Counted from the stretch's first letter, positions 8,369-17,637 are shown. The stretch is DNA of 64,000 nucleotides from Christensenella sp. UBA6094 (GCA_002435915.1 DIWY01000001.1:324060-388059), one strand, 5' to 3'. Translations and numbers: made by a program. The notes: generated from the sequence alone by a model not told the origin.

Positions 8369-9541
8369 TTATTTGCTTTCTTTTAAGTAATCGTGTGCGA
8401 ACTGGGCATAGAACGCTGATCCGCGTTGTAGCGCTGATTCATCAACCTTGAATTTATCACTGTGGTTTGAGTAAACTGCTCCGATCTCGGGATTTATACA
8501 GCCAATGAAAGCGAAAACGCCAGGAACTTTTTCCATATAATAAGCGAAGTCTTCTGAGCCTGTAATTCTTTCTTGAGAAACTAGTCCTTCTTCGCCGTAT
8601 AGCTTTAATGCAGCATTTTGCGCAATCTTTGTGATATCTTCTTGGTCGTTAACAGTTGGACCACAAACGTAGGAATAATCAATATCAGCTTCTGTATCAA
8701 AAGCGCTAGCAGTATCTTTAATTATTTTCCGCATTATTGCTTCACTCTTACTACGGAACTCTTTTGAAAAAGTACGTAGTGTGCCAGTCATGACAACATT
8801 CTGTGGGATGATATTAAATCTGTCGCCTCCGTTTATAGTACCAATAGTAAGAACAAGAGGTTCAAGAGGGTTATTCATTCTGCTAACTACTGTTTGGAGA
8901 TTCATTACAATGGCTGCTGCTGTAACAATTGCGTCATGTCCCATGTGGGGTGCTGAACCATGAGCTGCTACACCTTTGACAGTGATTGTGAACATATCAG
9001 CGCTAGCCATTCTGCTGCCACCCTCGATATTGATTTTTCCAGCAGGAAGAGTCCCAAATATATGCATTCCGAATATTGCATCAACATCATCTAGAAAGCC
9101 TTGCTCTATGTAGTATTTTGCGCCATCAGCGACTTCTTCAGCGGATTGAAATATAAGTTTTACGTTGCCTTCAAGCTCATCTTTAATTTCAGCAAGTATT
9201 TTTGCTGCGCCCAGAAGCATAGAAGCATGGCAATCATGACCACATGCATGCATGAATCCTTTGTTTTGTGACTTGAATGGTACGTCAGCTTGCTCTTCAA
9301 TAGATAAAGCATCGATATCAGCACGAAGCGCAACGGTCTTGCCTGGCTTTCCACCATATATTATTCCTGAAACGCCTGTTTTTTCGTATCTCTTTGTTTC
9401 AATTCCCATGCTTTTTAGCTCAGCTTCTATAACATCAGTAGTATTAAACTCATGCCAGCTTGGCTCTGGATGTTGATGAAAATATCTTCTCTTTTCGATA
9501 ATATAGCTTTCGTATTTTTCAGCTAATTTTTTAATGTCCAT
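8369..9541 (-). CDS. M20-family amidohydrolase (second paralog)
   Basis: LRADIDALSIEE and HACGHDCHASMLLGAAKIL motifs. AAAGGGG RBS before the MDIKKL start. Confidence 0.85.
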   Translation of the reverse strand: MDIKKLAEKYESYIIEKRRYFHQHPEPSWHEFNTTDVIEAELKSMGIETKRYEKTGVSGIIYGGKPGKTVALRADIDALSIEEQADVPFKSQNKGFMHACGHDCHASMLLGAAKILAEIKDELEGNVKLIFQSAEEVADGAKYYIEQGFLDDVDAIFGMHIFGTLPAGKINIEGGSRMASADMFTITVKGVAAHGSAPHMGHDAIVTAAAIVMNLQTVVSRMNNPLEPLVLTIGTINGGDRFNIIPQNVVMTGTLRTFSKEFRSKSEAIMRKIIKDTASAFDTEADIDYSYVCGPTVNDQEDITKIAQNAALKLYGEEGLVSQERITGSEDFAYYMEKVPGVFAFIGCINPEIGAVYSNHSDKFKVDESALQRGSAFYAQFAHDYLKESK

Positions 9542-9829
9542 CACGTAGACCCCTTTCATATATAAAAATTATAAATAAACTTTCCTAACTATATTATTCC
9601 TATTTTCATTCAAGAGCAAGGCAAACGGCTATATAAAATGCTATTAAATTACTGATAAGGAAAATAAAAGCTTAAGAATATGCAGCTGTTTTTTTTGCGA
9701 CTTATATTTGCCATCTTAAACGTAATTATGATAAATGCTTAAAATAATGTGCATACTTACAAATGCTTTTTTGTTATATGCTGTATTATATTTTAGTATT
9801 ATAATTTAGATATTAAGGAGTGATGTTTT

Positions 9830-10465
9830 ATGGAAATAAAGTGGTTGGGTCATGCTTGTTTTTTGATAACAGATTCAAATGACACAAAAATTCTTATAGA
9901 TCCATTTGATAAAAGCGTAGGTTATGAGACATTCGAAGGTGATGCAGATTTAATAACCATTAGTCATCATCACCATGATCATGACTATGTTGAGGGCGTT
10001 AAAGGTAATCCAGTAGTTATTGATGATGTTGGAACATTTAATAAATGTGGTATAGAATTCGAGGGTATTCAATCTTATCATGATAAGAACAAAGGGGCAG
10101 ACCGTGGTAACAATATTATTTTTGTCTTTAACGTGGATGGCTATAAAATATGCCATTTAGGTGATCTGGGATATGAGCTCTCTAATGACGAAATAAGAAA
10201 TATCGGAAATGTTGATGTATTGTTAATTCCGGTAGGGGGCAAATACACCATCGATTTTGCCGAGGCTGCACGTGTTGCACTTTCAATAAATAGTCATTAC
10301 GTTATTCCTATGCATTATAAAACTGACGCATTAAACATTCCTCTAGCAGGAGTGGAAGATTTCACAAAAGCAATGAGTAATTCAGAGTACATTAAAAGCA
10401 ATTCGATCAAAATCCAAGGTAAGCTTAAAGGGTATAATCAAGTTAAAATACTTGATTATAAATAA
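9830..10465 (+). CDS. Metallo-beta-lactamase-fold hydrolase (UPF0173-like)
   Basis: MEIKWLGHACFLI ... ISHHHHDHDY is the MBL motif. AAGGAG RBS. Confidence 0.8.
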   Translation: MEIKWLGHACFLITDSNDTKILIDPFDKSVGYETFEGDADLITISHHHHDHDYVEGVKGNPVVIDDVGTFNKCGIEFEGIQSYHDKNKGADRGNNIIFVFNVDGYKICHLGDLGYELSNDEIRNIGNVDVLLIPVGGKYTIDFAEAARVALSINSHYVIPMHYKTDALNIPLAGVEDFTKAMSNSEYIKSNSIKIQGKLKGYNQVKILDYK

Positions 10466-10511
10466 CTAATAACGATATGAATTAATAGTATACATACGAG
10501 CGAGTTCTAAC

Positions 10512-10554
10512 AAAAAAAGCACTAAATCAAGTTATCTTGATTTAGTGCTTTTTT
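10512..10554. terminator. Bidirectional terminator
   Basis: AAAAAAAGCACTAAATCAAG-TTAT-CTTGATTTAGTGCTTTTTT. Confidence 0.85.
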
Positions 10555-10565
10555 GTTTTGCTATA

Positions 10566-11054
10566 TTAATACTCTTCTTCTCTAATGCCAAATTCAGCGG
10601 ATTCAACCCAATCCTTGGCGTGCTTGAGGAGTAATACTAACTCTTCAATTATCTTATAATGATCTTTTTCTTGATCAATTATGTATTCAAAAAGTTCTTT
10701 GGATTTATCATCAGTTACTTCTAGTAAAAGCTTGTTATACAGTTCAATACTCTGTTGTTCTTTATCTAAAGCCATTCTATAAAAGTCTAGTTGATCTGGA
10801 AATTCTTTAATGTCGCTTTTGAAGTCTTTTAACCCTTTGAAAATACTCTCTGCATCAGAAATAGTGTTGCTTTTAATAAGCTGGTATTGTAATTCTTTTG
10901 ATTTACTTACTAATAGTTCTGCATGGTGCTTTTCTTCGTTAGCAAGCATAAGCATTACTGTTTTTAAGCGATCATCTTTGCTTCTATCTGCCTGTTCATT
11001 ATAGAAGTTTTCTCCTTCTATCTCCATATTTATTGCAAATTCCATAATATCCAT
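10566..11054 (-). CDS. Ferritin-like / rubrerythrin-family di-iron four-helix-bundle protein (no rubredoxin domain)
   Basis: Repeated E..H helices (NEEKHHAEL, DQEKDHYKII) and AGGAGG RBS. Confidence 0.7.
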   Translation of the reverse strand: MDIMEFAINMEIEGENFYNEQADRSKDDRLKTVMLMLANEEKHHAELLVSKSKELQYQLIKSNTISDAESIFKGLKDFKSDIKEFPDQLDFYRMALDKEQQSIELYNKLLLEVTDDKSKELFEYIIDQEKDHYKIIEELVLLLKHAKDWVESAEFGIREEEY

Positions 11055-11544
11055 AAAATTACCTCCTGATTTTTCTATTGTTTACATAAATTACTTTTAA
11101 ACAACAATCAATCTATTAAAACTTTAATAATAGAATTTTTTGCTAGATATCCAAAAAAGCATCTAATCCAAAGGAAACCGTATAGCACTATTTTTCTTCT
11201 TTTATTACATCTCAGATTATTGATACTGTTCTGTCAAAAATAGTTATTTTTCATCATGACAAGAATGCGCATAATGCACATTCTTTTTTTGACGATTTAT
11301 TAATGCACTTGTAAAAACGGAAATTGTTATAAGCGTAGTGTGAATTTTTGTTCGTTTTATTGTGATAAAAAAGCGCGTTGTTTAGACAAATGGAAATTAT
11401 TGGTGTTGCTATAATCGTAACGACATTGCACTAAGGCAGAAATAATCCGCATTTTATATTTCTGAAAAAATGAAAAATAAGTGTGGATTAAATTTCTTTG
11501 GTTGGGAAAAACTAGTAAAAAATTAACAGGAAGGAGGAAAATTA

Positions 11545-14500
11545 ATGAGACAAATGAAACAAATGTTAAAAAAAGGTACTGTTTTATTGCTTTCTACAGC
11601 AATGACATTATCAACTACTTTTGCTGGCAATATAACTGCCTTTGCAGGAGGTGGACCAACACCACCAACACCACCAGTTGTAGGTGCAGATTTGAAAGTA
11701 ACTGTTACTAAAACTACTGCGGTCTCAATAGTAGAGAAGACTTATGATTGGACTATAGATAAAACTGTAGATAATACGACTTTAAATTTATTGGAGGGCG
11801 CAACGGGAACCTCGATCTACACAGTTACTGCTACGAAATCACCTAAGAAATTTAAATTTGTAGTCGAAGGTGATATCTCCATTGAAAACAAAGGGAATGC
11901 ATCTGCTACTAATGTTGTTGTTGATGCAGCATTAAGATCCACAAATGGTGCTACAAGGTATGAAGCAGTTGGTTCAACTGTTACTGGTGGCCCAGCTGAT
12001 GGTATTCTTTTAGCTGGCGCAACTTATACATACCATTATAAGATGTATTACGATAGTACAGTTAACCCTAATACAATAGGAGGCAATCTGAAGGTTGATG
12101 CGATAATAACTGGTCTAAATATTGCTAGAATAAGACCAAATGTTTCGTCGCCTAATATTAATCTCGTAGTAATTCCAGTTGCTACAAATGATTCGATTAC
12201 TGTTGTTGATAACAATGCTACTGCAACTGTTTCAGATGATTTTAGTCATATGTTTACAGATAGCGGTACATGGGGTTATAGCAAAACTTTTAACGGTTCC
12301 CAGCCAGGAACCTATACTAATACAGCTTCTGCATCAGTATTGAGAGCCGGTATACCTACTACAATATCTGATACGGCTACAGTTACTGTAACGAAAGTGA
12401 ACAGTGCTCCGAATGCAGTAAACGATATAGCTACTACAGATGAAGATACAGCAGTTGATATTAATGTACTTGCAAATGATACAGATGTAAATGGTGATAC
12501 ATTGTCCGTTATAGGCACTGTAGCTCCAGGACATGGCACTGTGGAAATTAACGCTAACGGTACAATTAAATACACACCAAATGCAAACTGGAATGGTACC
12601 GATTCATTCGCCTATACGATTTCAGATGGCAAACGTGGCACAGATACAGCAGTTGTAACAGTTACAGTAAATGCTGTAAATGATGCACCGGATGCAGTTA
12701 ATGACACTGCTACAACTAATGAAGATCATGCAGTTGACATAAATGTTCTGGCTAATGATACTGATGTTGAGGGTAATGCACTAACAGTTACAGGAACAAC
12801 AGCTCCAAGTAACGGTATAGTAGCAATTAACGCTAACGGTACAATTAAATATACACCGAATGCAAACTGGCATGGTACTGATACGTTTACGTATACAATT
12901 TCAGATGGTAACGGTGCTGCAGATACAGCAACTGTCACAGTTAGAGTAAATTCTGTAAATGACACACCAGACGCAGTTAATGACTCTGCTACAACCAATG
13001 AAGATACAGCTGTAAATGTAAACGTTTTAGCAAATGATACAGACGCCGATGGTAATACGTTAACAGTTACAAGCGTAACAGCTCCAGCACATGGCACAGC
13101 TGTTATAAATCCAGATAAAACAGTTAAATATACACCAAATGCAAACTGGAACGGAACAGATACATTTACTTATACAATATCTGATGGACATCGCGGAACA
13201 GATACTGCTACAGTAACAGTAACAGTAAGCCCTGTACAAGATGTACCAGATGCAGTAAATGACTCTGCATCAACAGGCGAAGATACTTCAGTCAAAATAT
13301 CTGTTCTAAGTAACGATATAGATGTTGACGGAGATGCACTTTCTATTGTAAATGCTTCTAATCCAGCGCATGGACGTACTACAGTTAACCATGATGGTAC
13401 AATAACATATAAACCAGATTGGAATTGGCATGGTACAGACACATTCACATATAGAATATCTGATGGTCATGGTGGAACAGATACAGCTACAGTAACAGTT
13501 ACTGTAACTTCAGTAAATGATAAACCGATCGCACTTGATGATTTGTCTTTTACTAATGAAGATAATGCAGTAAAAGTATATGTTTTGTTTAATGACTTTG
13601 ATATTGAACATGATACATTAAGCATAATTAGTGCTACAAACCCATCACATGGCACAGCTGTAATAAACGCTGACAAAACAATAACGTATACACCTAATGC
13701 TAATTGGTTTGGTATAGATTCATTTAAATATACTATTTCAGATGGCAATGGTGGAACAGATACAGCAACAGTTAGAATAGTCGTTTGGTCAGTAAATGAC
13801 AAACCTAATGCAGTTGATGATTCAGTGGTAACTGACGAAGATGTATCGGTAAACATTAGCGTACTAAGTAACGATACTGATGCTGATGGAGATACACTGT
13901 CTGTAACAAACGTAACAGATCCAGGACATGGTACAGTTGTTATTAATGCAGATAAGACGGTAACATATACGCCAAATGCAAACTGGAACGGTACAGATAC
14001 ATTTACATACACAATTTCTGATAGGCACCATGCAACAGATACTGCTACAGTTACTGTAACAGTAAACGCTATTAATGATGCTCCAGATGCTGTAAATGAT
14101 ACTGCTGAAACAGATGAAGACGTAGCAGTGAAAATAGATGTACTTGCAAACGATACAGATATTGACGGAGATGTATTAACTATTACAGGAGCTTCAGCTC
14201 CAGGTCATGGTACAGCCGTTGTTAATTCTGATGGAACAATAACCTATACACCTGAAGCAAATTGGTTTGGCACAGATACGTTCACGTATGAAATAACAGA
14301 TGCGCAACAGCAAGTAGAACGCAGACTTCAAGTAGAAGGTGAACAGATACACACAGACACTGCAACTGTAACAGTTATAGTAAAACCTGTAAATGATGCG
14401 CCAGTCGCAGTTGACGATGATGCAACAACTGCTGAAGATACAGCAGTTAAAATAAGCGTTCTTGCTAACGACTCGGATATTGATGAAGATGTTATATCTG

Positions 14501-15066
14501 TAATAAGCGCAACTATTCCTGTTCACGGCATTGCAGTAGTAAATGCTGATGGAACAATTACTTATACACCAAATGCAAACTGGAATGGTTCAGATACGTT
14601 TGAATATACAATTTCAGATGGCAAAGGTGGCACAGATACAGCAATGGTTACTGTTAAAGTTGATCCTGTAAACGATGCACCAAAAGCAAATGACAGCAGC
14701 ATAAAAACAGATGAAGATACCGCTGTTAATGGCACTGTTACAGGTTCTGACATTGATGGTGATACACTAACCTTTGTTCTAGAGAAAGCTCCAGAACATG
14801 GTAAAGTTACACTTAACTCAAATGGTACCTATACTTATACACCAAATGCTGATTATAATGGAACTGACAAGTTCACGTTTATGAGCAATGATGGAAAAGC
14901 AAACTCGCAACCGGCAACAGTAACAATAACAATTAATGCAGTTGATGATCTACTAATTCCAAAAACAGGCGAAGATACACCATACGCACTGTACGGATTT
15001 GCAGCTTTGTCAATGTTAGCAGGCATTGTACTATTGATTGCTAAACGCAGAAAACAAAACCAGTAA
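11545..15066 (+). CDS. Cell-wall-anchored surface protein: signal peptide, ~280-aa N-terminal domain, nine cadherin-like/Ig-like (tandem-95 type) repeats, LPXTG-type sorting signal
   Basis: N-terminal MRQMKQMLKKGTVLLLSTAMTLSTTFA. Repeats follow VNDAPDAVND.ATT.EDT.V.I.VLANDTD.DGD.L.V....P.HGT..IN.DGTI.YTPNANW.GTD.F.YTISDG.GGTDTATVTVTV. The C-terminus is LIPKTG plus a hydrophobic span plus KRRKQNQ. Confidence 0.9.
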   Translation: MRQMKQMLKKGTVLLLSTAMTLSTTFAGNITAFAGGGPTPPTPPVVGADLKVTVTKTTAVSIVEKTYDWTIDKTVDNTTLNLLEGATGTSIYTVTATKSPKKFKFVVEGDISIENKGNASATNVVVDAALRSTNGATRYEAVGSTVTGGPADGILLAGATYTYHYKMYYDSTVNPNTIGGNLKVDAIITGLNIARIRPNVSSPNINLVVIPVATNDSITVVDNNATATVSDDFSHMFTDSGTWGYSKTFNGSQPGTYTNTASASVLRAGIPTTISDTATVTVTKVNSAPNAVNDIATTDEDTAVDINVLANDTDVNGDTLSVIGTVAPGHGTVEINANGTIKYTPNANWNGTDSFAYTISDGKRGTDTAVVTVTVNAVNDAPDAVNDTATTNEDHAVDINVLANDTDVEGNALTVTGTTAPSNGIVAINANGTIKYTPNANWHGTDTFTYTISDGNGAADTATVTVRVNSVNDTPDAVNDSATTNEDTAVNVNVLANDTDADGNTLTVTSVTAPAHGTAVINPDKTVKYTPNANWNGTDTFTYTISDGHRGTDTATVTVTVSPVQDVPDAVNDSASTGEDTSVKISVLSNDIDVDGDALSIVNASNPAHGRTTVNHDGTITYKPDWNWHGTDTFTYRISDGHGGTDTATVTVTVTSVNDKPIALDDLSFTNEDNAVKVYVLFNDFDIEHDTLSIISATNPSHGTAVINADKTITYTPNANWFGIDSFKYTISDGNGGTDTATVRIVVWSVNDKPNAVDDSVVTDEDVSVNISVLSNDTDADGDTLSVTNVTDPGHGTVVINADKTVTYTPNANWNGTDTFTYTISDRHHATDTATVTVTVNAINDAPDAVNDTAETDEDVAVKIDVLANDTDIDGDVLTITGASAPGHGTAVVNSDGTITYTPEANWFGTDTFTYEITDAQQQVERRLQVEGEQIHTDTATVTVIVKPVNDAPVAVDDDATTAEDTAVKISVLANDSDIDEDVISVISATIPVHGIAVVNADGTITYTPNANWNGSDTFEYTISDGKGGTDTAMVTVKVDPVNDAPKANDSSIKTDEDTAVNGTVTGSDIDGDTLTFVLEKAPEHGKVTLNSNGTYTYTPNADYNGTDKFTFMSNDGKANSQPATVTITINAVDDLLIPKTGEDTPYALYGFAALSMLAGIVLLIAKRRKQNQ
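12397..14940 (+). repeat. Nine in-frame tandem coding repeats, period 279 nt (93 aa)
   Basis: Repeat starts at 12397, 12676, 12955, 13234, 13513, 13792, 14071, 14389 and 14668. Unit 7 is 39 nt longer and unit 9 is 6 nt shorter. Confidence 0.9.
14953..15063 (+). other. Sortase sorting signal (LIPKTG, hydrophobic helix, basic tail)
   Basis: LIPKTG is encoded at 14953-14970, followed by EDTPYALYGFAALSMLAGIVLLIAKRRKQNQ. Confidence 0.8.
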
Positions 15067-15081
15067 AAAAACAATAATAAA

Positions 15082-15107
15082 AAGGAGGCATTAAGCCTTC
15101 TTTTTTT
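15082..15107 (+). terminator. Intrinsic terminator after the surface-protein gene
   Basis: AAGGAGGC-ATTAA-GCCTTCTT stem (one G-U pair) followed by a T-run. Confidence 0.7.
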
Positions 15108-15176
15108 GTTCAAAAATCGTTATTACATGATATTAAAATTAAGTTAAACTCCAACATAAATCACCATAAAAATGTA

Positions 15177-15232
15177 TTGACACTATGTAGTAATACAAGT
15201 AGAATTATTGTGTGCATATGCACACAATAATT
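15177..15232 (+). promoter_or_regulatory. Promoter (TTGACA-N17-TAGAAT) immediately followed by a perfect 30-bp palindromic operator
   Basis: TTGACA at 15177-15182 and TAGAAT ending at 15205. The palindrome AATTATTGTGTGCATATGCACACAATAATT at 15203-15232 is identical to its reverse complement. Confidence 0.6.
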
Positions 15233-15276
15233 TGCGTTGTCAAATTAAATTTGCTAATAAAAGGAGATTGAGAAGT

Positions 15277-15630
15277 ATGAAAATAGCAGTTGCAAGTGAA
15301 GGGAAAATGATTACGGGGCACTTTGGTCATTGCGAAGGATTTAATGTTTATACGGTAAGAGATACATTGATCTTAAATAAAGAGTTTGTAGTTAATCCAG
15401 GACATAAAAAAGGTTTTCTACCAAACTTTTTAAATGATTTAGGTGTTAATGTGATTATTGCAGGCGGTATGGGAAATGGTGCTATAGAGATATTCAACGA
15501 AAAAGAGATTAAAGTGATTACAGGCGCATCGGGTGATGCTGAAGAGGCTGTAAATAATTATCTAAATGGAAAACTTGTATCATCAGGAGCAGTTTGCCAT
15601 CAGCATGAGCATCATGGAGAGTGTGGGTAA
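15277..15630 (+). CDS. NifB/NifX-family (dinitrogenase Fe-Mo cofactor biosynthesis domain) small protein with a His/Cys-rich tail
   Basis: MKIAVASEGKMITGHFGHCEGFNVY ... VIIAGGMGNGA is the typical Nitro_FeMo-Co fold start. The tail is VCHQHEHHGECG. AAAGGAG RBS before ATG 15277. Confidence 0.75.
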   Translation: MKIAVASEGKMITGHFGHCEGFNVYTVRDTLILNKEFVVNPGHKKGFLPNFLNDLGVNVIIAGGMGNGAIEIFNEKEIKVITGASGDAEEAVNNYLNGKLVSSGAVCHQHEHHGECG

Positions 15631-15727
15631 GAGTAAAAATAGCAAAATTTAAATAAATGCACGCACAAGAGGTTAAACTAATATTAATGGATATATAGAT
15701 ATTTATTAATATAGATATTAAACCATA

Positions 15728-15790
15728 TTGACAATTATCTATATGATCGCATATAATGCATATAGACAGATTTCTATATGATAGATAATT
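15728..15790 (+). promoter_or_regulatory. Promoter (TTGACA-N18-TATAAT) of the arsR-permease operon with overlapping repeat/dyad elements
   Basis: TTGACA at 15728-15733 and TATAAT at 15752-15757. AATTATCTAT (15733-15742) is inverted as ATAGATAATT (15781-15790). TCTATATGAT occurs at 15738-15747 and 15773-15782. Confidence 0.55.
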
Positions 15791-15811
15791 ATTAATAAGG
15801 TGGAGAAAAGA

Positions 15812-16123
15812 TTGAATAAAAATTATGCGGACTATGCACTTATTTTTAAATCATTAGCTGATGAAACACGCTTGAAAATAATTGAGATGCTTTCCAATGA
15901 GGAGCTATGCGCTTGTAAAATACTTGAGAATTTTGATATTACACAACCTACGCTTTCCTACCACATGAGAATATTATGTGATAGCGGTCTTGTAATAAGT
16001 AGACGTGATGGCGCATGGATGAGGTACTCGTTAAATGAGGAAAGCTTTGAATCAATAAAAGAGCTATTTGACAATATAAACATCGTGAAAAGCCAAAATT
16101 GCGGATGTGTGGACGAATGTTAG
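15812..16123 (+). CDS. ArsR/SmtB-family metal(loid)-responsive repressor with a CxC site in the DNA-binding region and a Cys-rich C-terminal tail
   Basis: LADETRLKIIEMLSNEELCACKILE...QPTLSYHMRIL is the ArsR wHTH. The tail is QNCGCVDEC. TTG start 6 nt after AAGGTGGAG; an in-frame GTG at 15800 is the alternative start. Confidence 0.85.
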   Translation: MNKNYADYALIFKSLADETRLKIIEMLSNEELCACKILENFDITQPTLSYHMRILCDSGLVISRRDGAWMRYSLNEESFESIKELFDNINIVKSQNCGCVDEC

Positions 16124-16135
16124 GAGGCGATTTTT

Positions 16136-17140
16136 GTGTTTATATTTGAATTTCTAAATAATCAGCTGCTTAAAATGGAATGGCTTTCAAACCTAGTGAA
16201 CTTTTTGGTAAGCAAAGTATTTGGGCTTGATCTCACCAGTAGAATCGGTGGTAGTGTACATTTTTTCATATACGATACGGTAAAGATATTTATACTTCTG
16301 TCTTTCTTAATATTTGTAATTTCGTATATACAAAGTTACTTCCCACCTGAACGTACAAGGAAGATAATTGGAAAATTCAATGGAATTACTGCAAATATTC
16401 TGGGAGCGCTGCTGGGAACTGTAACACCATTTTGTTCCTGCTCGTCAATACCGTTGTTTATAGGTTTTACAAACGCAGGGTTACCGATTGGTGTAACGTT
16501 TTCGTTTCTAATTTCTTCGCCACTTGTTGATCTCGCATCGGTTATATTGCTAGCAAGTATTTTTAATTGGAAGATAGCTATTGCATATGTTATCGTTGGC
16601 CTTGTGCTAGCAGTAACAGCAGGAACTATAATAAGCAAATTAAAGCTTGAGAAATACGTTGAGTCGTTTGTATTTAGCAATAAAATGATTGAAATGGAAG
16701 AAACAGAACTAACAAGGCGGGACAGAATAGATTTTGCAAAGGAACAAGTACTAGAAATAATTAAAAAAGTATGGCTATACGTACTTATCGGCGTTGGAAT
16801 AGGTGCAGCAATCCATAACTGGATACCGGAAGATGTAATATCAGCTGTACTTGGTCAGGATAAACCATATTCCGTTGTACTTGCAACTTTTGTTGGTGTA
16901 CCAATGTATGCTGACATATTTGGCACACTGCCTATCGCAGAAGCTTTGGTAACTAAGGGAGTAGGTATAGGAACAGCACTTTCGTTTATGATGGCAGTTA
17001 CAGCACTTTCGCTTCCATCAATGATCATGCTGAAAAAAGTTGTTAAGCCAAAACTGTTAGCTATCTTTATTGGTATCGTTACCATAGGAATTATTATAAT
17101 TGGATACACATTTAATGCATTTGGATATTTATTATTATAG
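16136..17140 (+). CDS. ArsP_1/DUF318-type permease with a TPFCSCSS motif
   Basis: 334 aa, multi-TM. GTVTPFCSCSSIPLF is the hallmark vicinal-Cys motif of the ArsP/YraQ permease family. AGGAGG lies 8 nt before the GTG. Confidence 0.85.
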   Translation: MFIFEFLNNQLLKMEWLSNLVNFLVSKVFGLDLTSRIGGSVHFFIYDTVKIFILLSFLIFVISYIQSYFPPERTRKIIGKFNGITANILGALLGTVTPFCSCSSIPLFIGFTNAGLPIGVTFSFLISSPLVDLASVILLASIFNWKIAIAYVIVGLVLAVTAGTIISKLKLEKYVESFVFSNKMIEMEETELTRRDRIDFAKEQVLEIIKKVWLYVLIGVGIGAAIHNWIPEDVISAVLGQDKPYSVVLATFVGVPMYADIFGTLPIAEALVTKGVGIGTALSFMMAVTALSLPSMIMLKKVVKPKLLAIFIGIVTIGIIIIGYTFNAFGYLLL

Positions 17141-17151
17141 GGGGAAATTAA

Positions 17152-17637
17152 TTGAGTACATATATATTGTACGGATTAGCTGCATTATTGCTTTTAATAT
17201 CGTACAAAAAAGATAAAAAGAAAACTATGATGGCACTGAAAAAAGCTTGGAAGTCATTCGAAAATATTCTGCCACAATTTTTAGTTGTCATATTACTTGT
17301 TGGGGTAATGCTAGCAATACTTAATCCTGAAGTAATATCATCAATTATTGGAAAGAACTCAGGTTGGTTTGGAGTAATTTTAGCGGCCCTTGTGGGTGCA
17401 ATTACTTTGATTCCTGGTTTTGTGGCATTTCCTACAGCTGCGATGCTGCTACAAAATGGAGCAGGGTATATGCAGATTGGGGCTTTTGTCTCTACGCTTA
17501 TGATGGTTGGAGTTGTAACAGTGCCAGTTGAGATTAAATATTTTGGCAAAAAACTTACTATTTTAAGAAACGCATTAGCATTCGTATTCTCGTTTGTTGT
17601 TGCATATATAATTGGATTGGTGGTGGGCGGAATATGA
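17152..17637 (+). CDS. Small membrane protein, putative subunit A of a split (two-component) permease
   Basis: 161-aa hydrophobic protein, TTG start after GGGGGAAA. Its stop overlaps the start of the next gene (ATGA at 17634-17637). Confidence 0.7.
   Translation: MSTYILYGLAALLLLISYKKDKKKTMMALKKAWKSFENILPQFLVVILLVGVMLAILNPEVISSIIGKNSGWFGVILAALVGAITLIPGFVAFPTAAMLLQNGAGYMQIGAFVSTLMMVGVVTVPVEIKYFGKKLTILRNALAFVFSFVVAYIIGLVVGGI

Noticed and set aside
11261-11290. Hairpin plus T-run (AGAATGCGC-ATAAT-GCACATTCT TTTTTT) in the long spacer upstream of the surface-protein gene, considered as an sRNA terminator
   Set aside because: I could find no convincing promoter at a suitable distance upstream; the best candidate has a poor -10 and would give only a ~40-nt RNA. 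It may be a read-through insulator. The evidence is too weak to call a feature.
11481-11711. 76-aa plus-strand ORF overlapping the start of the surface-protein gene
   Set aside because: It is out of frame with the real gene. The real gene has an AGGAGG RBS at 11545 and a signal peptide, while this ORF has no RBS.
12312-14753. Seven minus-strand ORFs of 63-181 aa inside the surface-protein gene (for example 13467-14012 and 12726-13097)
   Set aside because: They are antisense images of the tandem repeats, with periodic, low-complexity Val/Ser/Thr-rich translations. They lack RBSs and overlap a plus-strand ORF that has a clear signal peptide, domain repeats and a sorting signal.
12397-14940. 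The regular 279-nt periodic repeats, considered as a CRISPR array or non-coding satellite
   Set aside because: The period is far longer than a CRISPR repeat plus spacer. There is no alternation of short repeats with unique spacers, and the whole array is one continuous reading frame encoding recognisable protein modules.
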